Source: an uncultured Lentimicrobiaceae bacterium (lineage in GTDB: Bacteria > Bacteroidota > Bacteroidia > Bacteroidales > UBA4417). Taken from it: a stretch of 64,000 bases of DNA. Where the stretch lies: assembly GCA_964544545.1 (NCBI GenBank), contig CAZJCG010000002.1, positions 89,319 through 153,318 of the forward strand, written 5' to 3'. Positions 30,040-40,381 of this stretch are shown in pieces. Below the pieces are notes generated by a model. The model saw nothing but the letters and a program-made list of their open reading frames with translations, did not search any database and was not told the origin of the DNA. The first letter of the stretch is position 1. Every line of letters begins with the position of its first letter. Both the position numbers and the translations under genes were made by a program.

Positions 30040-30783
30040 CTAGTCCAGAGCATCCATCAGTTCATCCGTAATCTCAAGGTTATGATATACGGCCTGAATG
30101 TCATCATCCTCTTCAAATATTTCGATCAGGCGCATGACCTTCTTGGCTGATTCCAGGTCAAGACTGGTCGTATCCCTGGGGATTCGCTGCAGCTTGGCGC
30201 TTTCAGGTTCAATTCCCATCTCTTCCATCTTTTTCATCATAGGACCAAAGTCCTCCATGGCGGTTGTGATGGTAAAAAAGCCGTCTTCCAGTTGAATATC
30301 TTCAGCACCGGCATCGATCACGGCCATCTCAAATTCATCCTGGTCCAGGTTACCCTGTGGAATCGTAAAGATCCCCTTACGTTCGAATATGAAACTCAGC
30401 GATCCATTAGTGCCAAGGTTCCCCCCGTACTTGTTAAAGTAAGACCTGACATTGGAGATCGTTCGTTGAGTATTGTCAGTCGTGGCTTCCAGAAAGATCG
30501 CGATTCCGCCGTTGGCGTAACCTTCATAGGTTGTTTCAACATAAGCAGCCGAGTCCTTATCAGAACCTTTGCTGATCGCACGCTGGATATTATCTTTCGG
30601 CATGCTTGCCCCCTTGGCATTGGCAATAGCAAGACGCAACCTCGGATTGCCGTCAGGGTCGGAGCCTCCTTCTTTAACAGCTACTGTTATTTCCTTGATG
30701 ATTTTTGAGAAGATCTTGGAACGCTTGGCATCCAGAGCCCCTTTTTTCCGTTTAATGGTTGACCATTTATTATGCCCTGACAT
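30040..30783 (-). CDS. YebC/PmpR-family DNA-binding regulator
   Basis: The canonical N-terminus MSGHNKWSTIKRKKGALDAKRSKIF begins at ATG 30783. The longer ORF to 30903 adds a non-conserved Cys/Phe-rich extension. Confidence 0.92.
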   Translation of the reverse strand: MSGHNKWSTIKRKKGALDAKRSKIFSKIIKEITVAVKEGGSDPDGNPRLRLAIANAKGASMPKDNIQRAISKGSDKDSAAYVETTYEGYANGGIAIFLEATTDNTQRTISNVRSYFNKYGGNLGTNGSLSFIFERKGIFTIPQGNLDQDEFEMAVIDAGAEDIQLEDGFFTITTAMEDFGPMMKKMEEMGIEPESAKLQRIPRDTTSLDLESAKKVMRLIEIFEEDDDIQAVYHNLEITDELMDALD

Positions 30784-30847
30784 AGGATTTATTTTTACTG
30801 TTAATATTCTGCCCGGAAGTTTACGATTTCTTCCGTTGAAGCACAGG

Positions 30848-30855
30848 CAAAAATA
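30848..30855 (-). promoter_or_regulatory. -7 box TATTTTTG upstream of the yebC-family gene
   Basis: Perfect match on the minus strand, 65 nt before ATG 30783 and inside the rejected 5' ORF extension. Confidence 0.4.
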
Positions 30856-30979
30856 ATACATTGACCTGAAACAAAAAAGCTGCCCCTTTTCGGGGCAGCC
30901 CACCAGACAATAACCACCAGTTTAAACGTACTGTCTGAACAGGTAAAATTTTTATATCTCTTACATCTGTATGTTTTTC

Positions 30980-32620
30980 TTACAGGTCAGTAAGATCAGT
31001 CAGGCAGAGGCCGACTGAAAATGGATAGAGTTCAGGCCCTTTGTTTTTCTGGAACATAGGAGTGAGCGAATAGGTTGCATAAAGGTTCACAACGCCCCAA
31101 CCTATTTTTGCAATTGCATCCAGTTTGAAAGGATTCATATAGAAGTCGCTGCGGTCTTTATCCTTCTGCCTGCTTCCATCATCGTAAACATACTTCGCAT
31201 GGGTTCCGATTCTCCATCCGCCAACCACACCGGCCGAAAGATGAAAACTGTTTACCTTGGCATGTCGATTTGTCTGGGCTTCGAGCATTAAAGGCAGGGT
31301 TAGATAGGTATTAACCAGCTTGCTTTTTTCATACGAAACTCCTTCGACCTGATCCTTATATAATGCGAGTTTATTATCGGTTTCGGTAAGACGCACATTG
31401 TTTTCGAAGCGGTAGTTGTTCCAGCTAAGACCGAGACCGGTTACGAGTCCGACATGATTACGGATCAGGTTGATATTCTGTTCGAAGAAGTTCAGGTTCA
31501 CATTGATCGATTTCTGGTATTTCTGATCCAGAAGGCTGTATTCATCAGGGTAATTAAAGTCATAATCAGGAGTCAGATAGCCGTTCACGCCGATTTCAAA
31601 TCCGTCCCAATGTCCGTCGAATTTGCTCTTTTTCCGGTCCTTTTTCAGCTTTATGTCACCGTCATCACCTATTTCCAAGGTATTGTCACCAAACTTTACC
31701 CTCACTGAATCGTCAGTTACAACCACGATCTTTTTATCATCAACTGTCACTTCAATATTACCGTTATCGTCGGTCTTGGCAGTAACAGTTTTCTCATTAT
31801 CATTTTTACCAGTCTCCGAATCATTATCGATGATTACCGATTTCACATCGTCCATACCGGTGAAGGAAAGGACGTATTCGCCGGCCTTCCCAATCTTCTT
31901 AATTTCGTTATTATCAAAATAGGTCATTGTTCCGGCGCCTGAGAGGTCTGCTTTGATCTGTTTGCGGGCCATCACGGAAGCATTGGCGGCTCCTGACACT
32001 TCAGCATCGGTGATGTCAGTAACAAATTCCATTGCCTTAAGCTTGGCAGCGCCACTCACTTCGGTCTTATGTTCAGTTCCGGTTCCTGACAGGGTAACTT
32101 CCGAAGCTCCGCTGATTTCCGATTTCACCTGCCCCGTCTTGAGCAACAGTGTTTCTTTGGATGCGCCGCTGGCTTCATTGTAAAAACTAGCAGAATTTAT
32201 TTCGAGCGATACTTTGGTAGCGCCTGTTGAATTCAGTGAGAACTTGTCGGCGTTAATCGGGGTAAGTCCTTTCACCGTTGCGGCACCGTTAGCATCAATG
32301 CTCCGGATTGATGGCGCCGTCACATAAACATTCATTTTAGTAGGATTGCGCACATTGTCGCAACTGAGGACCAATACACCGTTATTAACTTTGGTTTTAA
32401 TACGATCCTGGAGGTTTTCGTCAGCCTCAACAGTTACAGCCTGTTTTGCGCCTTCTGAAAGAAACAGATTGATAGCACATCCGACGTTAATGGATTCAAA
32501 GTTGCCGAGTTCACGATCCTGTTTGGTCACGATACCACTCCCCTTCTCCTGGGCGAATGTATGGATCACAGGCAGAACCGATAACAGGAAGGCTGTGGTA
32601 AGGATGGATATAGTTTTCAT
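30980..32620 (-). CDS. outer-membrane protein: N-terminal GIN/DUF2807 head domain, acidic linker, C-terminal beta-barrel (porin-family) domain
   Basis: Signal peptide; repeated ...SGA/SGAA... strands (EISGASEVTL, EVSGAAKLKA, EVSGAANASV, DLSGAGTMTY) typical of DUF2807; a D/K-rich stretch; and a C-terminal 200 aa of alternating hydrophobic strands. Confidence 0.6.
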   Translation of the reverse strand: MKTISILTTAFLLSVLPVIHTFAQEKGSGIVTKQDRELGNFESINVGCAINLFLSEGAKQAVTVEADENLQDRIKTKVNNGVLVLSCDNVRNPTKMNVYVTAPSIRSIDANGAATVKGLTPINADKFSLNSTGATKVSLEINSASFYNEASGASKETLLLKTGQVKSEISGASEVTLSGTGTEHKTEVSGAAKLKAMEFVTDITDAEVSGAANASVMARKQIKADLSGAGTMTYFDNNEIKKIGKAGEYVLSFTGMDDVKSVIIDNDSETGKNDNEKTVTAKTDDNGNIEVTVDDKKIVVVTDDSVRVKFGDNTLEIGDDGDIKLKKDRKKSKFDGHWDGFEIGVNGYLTPDYDFNYPDEYSLLDQKYQKSINVNLNFFEQNINLIRNHVGLVTGLGLSWNNYRFENNVRLTETDNKLALYKDQVEGVSYEKSKLVNTYLTLPLMLEAQTNRHAKVNSFHLSAGVVGGWRIGTHAKYVYDDGSRQKDKDRSDFYMNPFKLDAIAKIGWGVVNLYATYSLTPMFQKNKGPELYPFSVGLCLTDLTDL

Positions 32621-32758
32621 GGTATGCGGTTTATGAATTTATGTTGTTTGTTTAAAAAATCGGGGACTAGACGAAAGGAGGCATCCTTTTGTTACAGACA
32701 TTATTAATTTTTTTTAAGAAAATCCCCTGGAGAATCTTGACAGGCGGTAACATGAAGA

Positions 32759-32785
32759 CAAAAAAAATCGGGACATCATCCCGAT
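32759..32785 (-). terminator. rho-independent terminator after the anti-sigma-like gene
   Basis: Minus strand reads ATCGGGA-TGATG-TCCCGAT followed by T8, 20 nt after the stop at 32805. Confidence 0.75.
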
Positions 32786-32804
32786 CTTTACGTTAAAAGC
32801 GATT

Positions 32805-33959
32805 TTATTTCTTGATATCCCGCTGCAGGTTTAGCTTATCCCCGGCCAGATTGTATGAAACGACTTTACCGTATTCATCCCGTTGCAAGTCAAGCGTAAC
32901 ATTATCACGCGAGATTGCGTTGTAGGTTTTCACGCCAAGTTCGGCAAACGTCCATACTGAAACCTCCCGAGCAGGTTTAATCGGTTCTTTCTTGTTCCTG
33001 TTAAAAGCAAAGAGTTCTCCGGCTTTAGCAGTAATTGAACGGATGAGCGTTTTTTCAGGATCACGGTCAGCCTCATTCAGTTGAGCATATTGGATCTGCT
33101 CCGCCAGTTTAATATTGTAATACAATTCAAGGTAACTATTGCTATGCATCTGGCTGGTACGGATAAGCATGAATTCCGGTTCCACATAATCTCTGGAAAC
33201 AACAGGCCGGCAATCCATGGCAGTCATGGCAAGCACTTCCCTTGTATCGCGGGCCGGGGTTTCAGTAACTGTATGGTTCGTTCCCTTGTTTCCGGCGGTG
33301 GTGTATGTTACCTGAGCCTTTGATTCATCCAGGGAAGCATAGGTTACAGGTGCAGACTTTTGAATTTCACCGGCCTTGGTCTCAGTCTTCTGAACATTAG
33401 TGTTTACCGGTGAGTTGTCGGACAGAGAGGGTACAGTTGAGATTGTCCCCGACTTTTCCCAAAGGCCATAGACGGCGAGCAGCAGGGTGACTGATGCTGC
33501 TGCTGAGAGTGCGTAGTATACGATCCGGCGAACTGGAACGACGCTATGTTTCAGGGAGGCTTTATCGGCGAAACGGATGGATGAATCCGGATAGAGTTTT
33601 GAGCACTTGAACAGTTCCCGGTCTTTTTCGAAACGTGGATTTTCGGTCAGGAATTTTTTCAGTAGTTTATGTTCCTCAGCGGTAAGCGTGCCTTCAAGTT
33701 CAGCAACCAGGTATTCATCAACATTGGCAGGAGTAATCACTAATGCCGTGTCACCCGCATTTTTTTTTAAGGATTCCTTCCCATAATAATGGACGGATTC
33801 GTCGGGAATAAGTGCAACTGCTTCAAATCCTTCGAACTCCTCTTTCACTTCAGGATGGCTCTCAATGAAGCTGAACATCTCCTCTATCCCGGTACCGGAA
33901 AGATTCCCTTCGTAGTAGTCGAGGAAGAATGCTTCGTAATTATCCTTGTTGATGTTCAT
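32805..33959 (-). CDS. putative anti-sigma factor (single-pass membrane protein)
   Basis: The gene starts 13 nt after the ECF sigma gene. It has a cytoplasmic N-domain, one TM helix (IVYYALSAAASVTLLLAVYGLW) and an extracytoplasmic C-domain. I recognise no family motif. Confidence 0.5.
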   Translation of the reverse strand: MNINKDNYEAFFLDYYEGNLSGTGIEEMFSFIESHPEVKEEFEGFEAVALIPDESVHYYGKESLKKNAGDTALVITPANVDEYLVAELEGTLTAEEHKLLKKFLTENPRFEKDRELFKCSKLYPDSSIRFADKASLKHSVVPVRRIVYYALSAAASVTLLLAVYGLWEKSGTISTVPSLSDNSPVNTNVQKTETKAGEIQKSAPVTYASLDESKAQVTYTTAGNKGTNHTVTETPARDTREVLAMTAMDCRPVVSRDYVEPEFMLIRTSQMHSNSYLELYYNIKLAEQIQYAQLNEADRDPEKTLIRSITAKAGELFAFNRNKKEPIKPAREVSVWTFAELGVKTYNAISRDNVTLDLQRDEYGKVVSYNLAGDKLNLQRDIKK

Positions 33960-33971
33960 CGCTTGGGGCAG

Positions 33972-34457
33972 TTAAATGACCAGATCGAGGCTTCCAATAT
34001 ATTGTTTCAAAAAGGTTCGGGCTCTGAAGATGTAGACTTTTACCTGGGATTCGTTGAGGCCGGTGATCTCCCCGATCTCGTCGTAGGCATACCCTTCATA
34101 ATCGCGGAGCAGCACAACAGTCCTCTGGATTTCAGGCAATTTCGCCACAGCTTCATCAATCACTTCCTTCAGATCGCTGAATGAATTCGTGTCATGGTAT
34201 TTGCTCTCATAAGCCGATTCCATTGAACTCAAACGTTGGTTCTTTCGGATGTGATCGATCATGGTGTGATAGGCGGTGGTAAAAAGGTAGGATTTGGCCT
34301 TTTCGTAACTCACCTCTTTCACCTTCTCCCACATTTTGACAAAGGACTCCTGAACAATATCCCTGGCTGTATCATCATCCTTAATGTTCTTGAGGATGAA
34401 CCTGTACACCCCATCGGAGTAATTGTCGGCACATGAATTGTACTCGGCTACAGTCAT
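33972..34457 (-). CDS. ECF-type RNA polymerase sigma-70 family factor
   Basis: Region 2 (DIVQESFVKMWEK ... YLFTTAYHTMIDHIRK) and region 4 (RTVVLLRDYEGYAYDEIGEITGLNESQVKVYIFRAR). Confidence 0.9.
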   Translation of the reverse strand: MTVAEYNSCADNYSDGVYRFILKNIKDDDTARDIVQESFVKMWEKVKEVSYEKAKSYLFTTAYHTMIDHIRKNQRLSSMESAYESKYHDTNSFSDLKEVIDEAVAKLPEIQRTVVLLRDYEGYAYDEIGEITGLNESQVKVYIFRARTFLKQYIGSLDLVI

Positions 34458-34567
34458 ATTGTTTCAGCCTGTTAGGATATCAATCGGCACATTATACGGA
34501 GTATGGTACCGTAAAGTTACAACAGAAATGAAATTTTTTTTAAAAATTACAGTAAGGTGTATAAGGG

Positions 34568-36355
34568 TCAGTCCAGTTTCAGGACTGCGAGGAAGGCGCT
34601 TTGCGGTACTTCTACGTTACCGACCTGTCGCATGCGTTTCTTTCCCTTTTTCTGTTTTTCGAGCAACTTGCGCTTACGGGTAATATCACCGCCATAACAT
34701 TTGGCAGTAACATCTTTCCTCACGGCCTTCACCGTTTCACGGGCAATGATCTTTGACCCGATAGCGGCCTGGATGGCGACATCAAATTGTTGCCGTGGGA
34801 TGAGTTCTTTGAGCTTCTCGCACATCCTCCGTCCGAAATCATAGGCATTGTCACGATGGATCAATGTCGACAAGGCATCTACGGGATCACCATTCAGCAG
34901 TATATCGAGTTTTGAGAGTGCCGCCTCTTTATATCCCGAAATATGATAATCGAATGAGGCATAGCCTTTAGAGATGCTTTTCAGTTTATCATAGAAATCA
35001 AATACGATCTCGCCAAGGGGTAGATCAAAGTTCAGTTCTACGCGATCCTGGGTCAGGTAGATCTGGTTCAGCAAGGTACCCCGCTTGTCCATACAGAGCT
35101 TCATGATGGCTCCGGTATATTCGCTCTTGGAGATAATCTGCGCAAGAATGTAAGGTTCTTCAACGAAGTCGATCACGGTTGCATCAGGCATCCCGGATGG
35201 ATTATGGACCTCGAAGGCTTCACCTTTGGTGGTATGCACCTTGTACATTACATTCGGGACCGTATTGATAATGTCCATATCGAACTCGCGGTCGAGGCGT
35301 TCCTGGACGATCTCCATGTGCAGCAGACCGAGGAATCCGCAACGGAAGCCGAAGCCCAGTGCAGCCGAAGATTCCGGCTCAAAACTCAGTGAAGCGTCGT
35401 TAAGCTGGAGTTTTTCAATGGATGCTCTCAGGTCTTCATAGTCGTCGCTGTCGGTTGGATATATCCCCGCAAACACCATAGGCTTTACATTCTTAAAGCC
35501 TTCAATAGCGGTAGAGCATGGTCTGTCGACATGGGTAATGGTATCACCCACCTTGATCTCTCTTGCTGTTTTAATTCCGGAAATGATATACCCTACATCC
35601 CCGGCGCTGAGTTCATCAAGGGGATGCTGCTGTAAGCGCAGGACTCCGATCTCATCGGCATGGTATTCCCTGACCGTTGAAACGAACTTGACAAAATCGT
35701 TTTTCTTCAATCTTCCGTTAAATATCCTGAAATAGGCAATGACTCCACGGAAAGGGTTGAACAGGGAATCGAATATCAGGGCCTGGAGTGGCGCTTCCGG
35801 ATCACCTTTGGGAGGCGGGATCCGATGGATGATGGCATGCAGTATCTCCTCCACGCCCAAACCTGTTCGGGCGCTGGCACGAATTATCTCAGAAGGCTTA
35901 CATCCGATCAGGTCTACTATCTGGTCTTCAACCTCATCAGGCATAGCACTGTCACTATCCATCTTGTTCATCACGGGGATGATCTCCAGGTTATGATCCA
36001 GTGCGAGGTAAAGGTTGGAAATGGTCTGAGCCTGTATTCCCTGTGTCGCATCGATCACGAGCAGGGCACCTTCACAAGCCGCAATGGCACGTGACACTTC
36101 ATAAGAGAAGTCCACGTGGCCCGGTGTATCGATAAGGTTCAACTTATACGATTTGCCATCCAGAACATAATCCATTCGGATTGCATGACTCTTGATGGTG
36201 ATGCCTCTCTCACGCTCCAAATCCATATCGTCGAGCACCTGGTTCTGCATCTGACGTTCAGTAAGAGCGCCGGTCATCTCGAGCAGCCGATCGGCCAGGG
36301 TACTTTTACCATGGTCGATGTGAGCAATAATGCAAAAGTTTCGGATGTTTTCCAT
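34568..36355 (-). CDS. lepA: elongation factor 4 (LepA)
   Basis: [23 protein letters not shown]-domain; 595 aa with the LepA C-terminal domain. Confidence 0.97.
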   Translation of the reverse strand: MENIRNFCIIAHIDHGKSTLADRLLEMTGALTERQMQNQVLDDMDLERERGITIKSHAIRMDYVLDGKSYKLNLIDTPGHVDFSYEVSRAIAACEGALLVIDATQGIQAQTISNLYLALDHNLEIIPVMNKMDSDSAMPDEVEDQIVDLIGCKPSEIIRASARTGLGVEEILHAIIHRIPPPKGDPEAPLQALIFDSLFNPFRGVIAYFRIFNGRLKKNDFVKFVSTVREYHADEIGVLRLQQHPLDELSAGDVGYIISGIKTAREIKVGDTITHVDRPCSTAIEGFKNVKPMVFAGIYPTDSDDYEDLRASIEKLQLNDASLSFEPESSAALGFGFRCGFLGLLHMEIVQERLDREFDMDIINTVPNVMYKVHTTKGEAFEVHNPSGMPDATVIDFVEEPYILAQIISKSEYTGAIMKLCMDKRGTLLNQIYLTQDRVELNFDLPLGEIVFDFYDKLKSISKGYASFDYHISGYKEAALSKLDILLNGDPVDALSTLIHRDNAYDFGRRMCEKLKELIPRQQFDVAIQAAIGSKIIARETVKAVRKDVTAKCYGGDITRKRKLLEKQKKGKKRMRQVGNVEVPQSAFLAVLKLD

Positions 36356-36360
36356 TGATG

Positions 36361-36368
36361 CAAAAATA
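36361..36368 (-). promoter_or_regulatory. -7 box TATTTTTG immediately upstream of lepA
   Basis: Perfect match on the minus strand, ending 6 nt before ATG 36355. This implies a leaderless or near-leaderless mRNA. Confidence 0.4.
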
Positions 36369-36447
36369 GTGATTTTTCATGTATTGGTAGCTGTATACCC
36401 TAAGCCCTTCCGTTTCATCGGTTAGCGTACATTTCGGACAAACATGA

Positions 36448-37536
<1,089 letters not shown>

Positions 37537-37550
37537 CCGGTTACACAATG

Positions 37551-37589
37551 AAAAAAGAGGCTGTCGCAAAAGACAGCCTCTTTTTTTTT
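37551..37589. terminator. bidirectional rho-independent terminator between gap and the type B T9SS protein gene
   Basis: A 10-bp stem AGAGGCTGTC/GACAGCCTCT (37556-37581) flanked by A6 and T9 runs. Confidence 0.85.
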
Positions 37590-37598
37590 GTCAGTATC

Positions 37599-40238
37599 CT
37601 ATCGTAAAATCGTGACAGAACCTTTTAATGTCCGTTTCAGGATTCCGCCCAACGTTACTTCATATACATCACAGACATAATAATATACCCCTGTACTGGC
37701 ATCCTGGTTGGTGCCCATGACCTTCCCATCCCATTTTATGGCAGGGTCGTCTGTTTTGTAGACCAGCATTCCCCAGCGGTTGAAGATCTGTAAATCGATC
37801 TTTTCAACCGAACTGTATGGATAGGGAATAAAGTAATCGTTGTAATCATCCCCGTTCGGAGTGAATACGTTCGGCAGACGGTATCCTCCGCAGGTGTCGC
37901 TGTCGATACAAACCGTATCACTCATCACGCTCCGGTTGCCCATCGAATCCGCCGCCACAACACTATAACAACCGGCAATAGAAAACTGGAGTGAGTGAGT
38001 ATAGGATGTACTGGTTGCGCCGTTGAGTGAATCCAGCAAGGCAAACAAATCTGAACCCGGAGGAAGGAAATAGACATAGTATTTTACAACGTCATCGGCA
38101 CAGCTGTCATTTGGATTATTCCACTCAAGTATATTTGCAATATGGTCGCAATCGGGCGACACAGTCAGATCCGGAGGGCAGGGCGGTTCATTGTCGATAG
38201 GAGTGCCACATGATTCCTGGGAAAAGTTTATCAGCGGATCCGTTATGCCCGGAGTACCATATGAACCAAGGCTTTTCACCTTGTAACAATATGATTGACC
38301 GTTGATCAAGGATTTGTCAATATAAAACTGGTCCTCAGTGGTGGCTATTGAGTCGAACTGCAGGGTTACAGGATTTTTCCTGAAGACAACATAGGACATG
38401 TTACTCCACGGAACAGAGAAGGAAAAGTTGAGCCTCAGCTTGTTATCACCTGGAACAATGGTCAGGAATACGGAAGATGCCACCTGTGAAGGCCCTATCA
38501 GGAAGCGATTACCGGGCGTATCATTCCATACATCAATGCGATAGCTAACGGGAGTATCCAGCGTATTGACCGGTTCGTCCCAGTAAAGGGTGTCGTTGAG
38601 AGAATTCAGGGAGTCGATGAGTATCAGGTTTGTTCCGAGAAAATCATAAGCCCTGTAAATCAAATATTTGTAAGGGCCCGGAGCCTGGACAGGATCAATT
38701 TCGGTAGGTTTTGACCATGCCACGTAAACCTTTCCTGCTGAAGCATCGGTTCGATCGATGCTAATGTTGGTGATCACAGGCACATCCTTTTTAAGCTTTA
38801 TGCATACTTCGTCGGATGCGTAGCTTTCAGATCCGTCGGGATAGACAGCGACAACCATATAGCAGTAATCCACCCCGTGAGCCAGGCCGGGGAGTGCGTT
38901 CCCGTCAGTAAAGGTCAGCTCTGAGGAGGAGACTTCGGCGATCTGATGATATCCCGTATAAGCCGGAACGCCTGTTTCACAATGCCCCGGGACAAAACCG
39001 TAGTATCCGTTCCGGCGGTAAATAGCATAGGAAACAGCATTGCTGCAAGGATTCGCATCCCAGGTAAGTTTCACGGTATTGCCGAGAGGCAGAGCTTGCA
39101 GATTGTCGGTTTTGGGTCCTACAATTTTTATATAAAGGCTTTTAAGGTCGAACAAACTGACTTCGTTCGAATGGTCAACGGCTTTAAAGAAGACCTGGTA
39201 GGGACTCTTTCTGATCTGACTGCAATCCGTCTCCCAGGTAAACTCGCCTTCGGCCAAACCGAGTGAGTCTTTAGTCTGCTCAAATTCCGCTTTGTGGTCC
39301 TGGAAAAGGAAAGGGGCTCCGGTTGATGTCAGGGTAATCTTGTCGTGGTTGGAGTCGGTCGCAATAACTTTGAAATTTAAGGTACTTCCGGCAGTAACAC
39401 AGGTATCGGCTAACGGCTTAATTGCCGGTGCATCATTCTGACAGGTAACGATCGTGATCTGCATATCACGGGTTACAAATCCTATACGCACACCGTTTCT
39501 CCATTCTTCGATCAGGAAAGAAATGTTGTATTCTCCCTGCAGTGTAGGGCTGTTCCATGTGATATCACCTGTGAGGGGATTCATATTGAAAGCGCTGACA
39601 GAGTTCGGATCGACGAGGTTTGGCAGAACGTAGCCGGCGATTTGTTCACCTCCGGCACCGCGGCATATTGTGAGCTTGTAAGAGAGGCTGTCGCCATCGG
39701 GATCATAGGCACCCGGATTATGCAGGAAGGGGTGATTTACACATCCCTGGTCAATAGGAGGCAACAGGAGTTGGGGAGAATTATTAGGGCCGACCAGGGG
39801 ATTGATGGTCAGTAATGTTTCGATGTATAGTGGAATATCCACAGAACTTGGGATATTCATGATCCCGTAATTCCGGTTCGGGTCTTCGAGGGAGATATGA
39901 TATGTTGACGGCCCCGGGAAAGTATGCTGTCCGGTATACAGGTTCTTTTTGATATCGGTGCCCACCATTTCGCCGAGATGATCACACCAGAGCCCGGCAG
40001 GGTTGTAACCGGATTCGCCGTTATTCCTTACGAGGACTGAAGAAGTCCCGTCGCCCCAGAGGATTTCCAGCTCGTTCCTGTCGGCAGGGCTTGGCGCGTA
40101 AGAGTATGAAACGATCGTGATTTCATAGGTAAGCCCTGAAACATACCGGAAAGTGATCTCACCGGCACGTTGATGGGTGGCAAAGGCAGAGAGCGACAGC
40201 AGGGTGAACAGTATGAAAGAAAGTAGTTGCCTTTTCAT
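37599..40238 (-). CDS. large cell-surface protein with type B T9SS (gliding-motility-associated) C-terminal domain
   Basis: Signal peptide, the N-terminal ATHQRAGEITFRY motif common in such proteins, Ig/FN3-like repeats, and the C-terminus YRLPNVFTPNGDDYNDYF...GVYYYVCDV. Confidence 0.8.
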   Translation of the reverse strand: MKRQLLSFILFTLLSLSAFATHQRAGEITFRYVSGLTYEITIVSYSYAPSPADRNELEILWGDGTSSVLVRNNGESGYNPAGLWCDHLGEMVGTDIKKNLYTGQHTFPGPSTYHISLEDPNRNYGIMNIPSSVDIPLYIETLLTINPLVGPNNSPQLLLPPIDQGCVNHPFLHNPGAYDPDGDSLSYKLTICRGAGGEQIAGYVLPNLVDPNSVSAFNMNPLTGDITWNSPTLQGEYNISFLIEEWRNGVRIGFVTRDMQITIVTCQNDAPAIKPLADTCVTAGSTLNFKVIATDSNHDKITLTSTGAPFLFQDHKAEFEQTKDSLGLAEGEFTWETDCSQIRKSPYQVFFKAVDHSNEVSLFDLKSLYIKIVGPKTDNLQALPLGNTVKLTWDANPCSNAVSYAIYRRNGYYGFVPGHCETGVPAYTGYHQIAEVSSSELTFTDGNALPGLAHGVDYCYMVVAVYPDGSESYASDEVCIKLKKDVPVITNISIDRTDASAGKVYVAWSKPTEIDPVQAPGPYKYLIYRAYDFLGTNLILIDSLNSLNDTLYWDEPVNTLDTPVSYRIDVWNDTPGNRFLIGPSQVASSVFLTIVPGDNKLRLNFSFSVPWSNMSYVVFRKNPVTLQFDSIATTEDQFYIDKSLINGQSYCYKVKSLGSYGTPGITDPLINFSQESCGTPIDNEPPCPPDLTVSPDCDHIANILEWNNPNDSCADDVVKYYVYFLPPGSDLFALLDSLNGATSTSYTHSLQFSIAGCYSVVAADSMGNRSVMSDTVCIDSDTCGGYRLPNVFTPNGDDYNDYFIPYPYSSVEKIDLQIFNRWGMLVYKTDDPAIKWDGKVMGTNQDASTGVYYYVCDVYEVTLGGILKRTLKGSVTILR

Positions 40239-40344
40239 TGCTGGAATAAACTCTTACAAATCCTGCTCGTGGGATGCAGTATCGAAACTCAAAAGTACAA
40301 AAAATACAATCGGCGGACATCGAATGCGCAAACGGTAGATTCTG

Positions 40345-40352
40345 TATTTTTG
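40345..40352 (+). promoter_or_regulatory. -7 box TATTTTTG upstream of the relA/spoT-family gene
   Basis: Perfect TAnnTTTG match, 30 nt before ATG 40382. This supports the internal start. Confidence 0.5.
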
Positions 40353-40381
40353 TATGGATACTGTTAATTAAGGAAGCTTGT

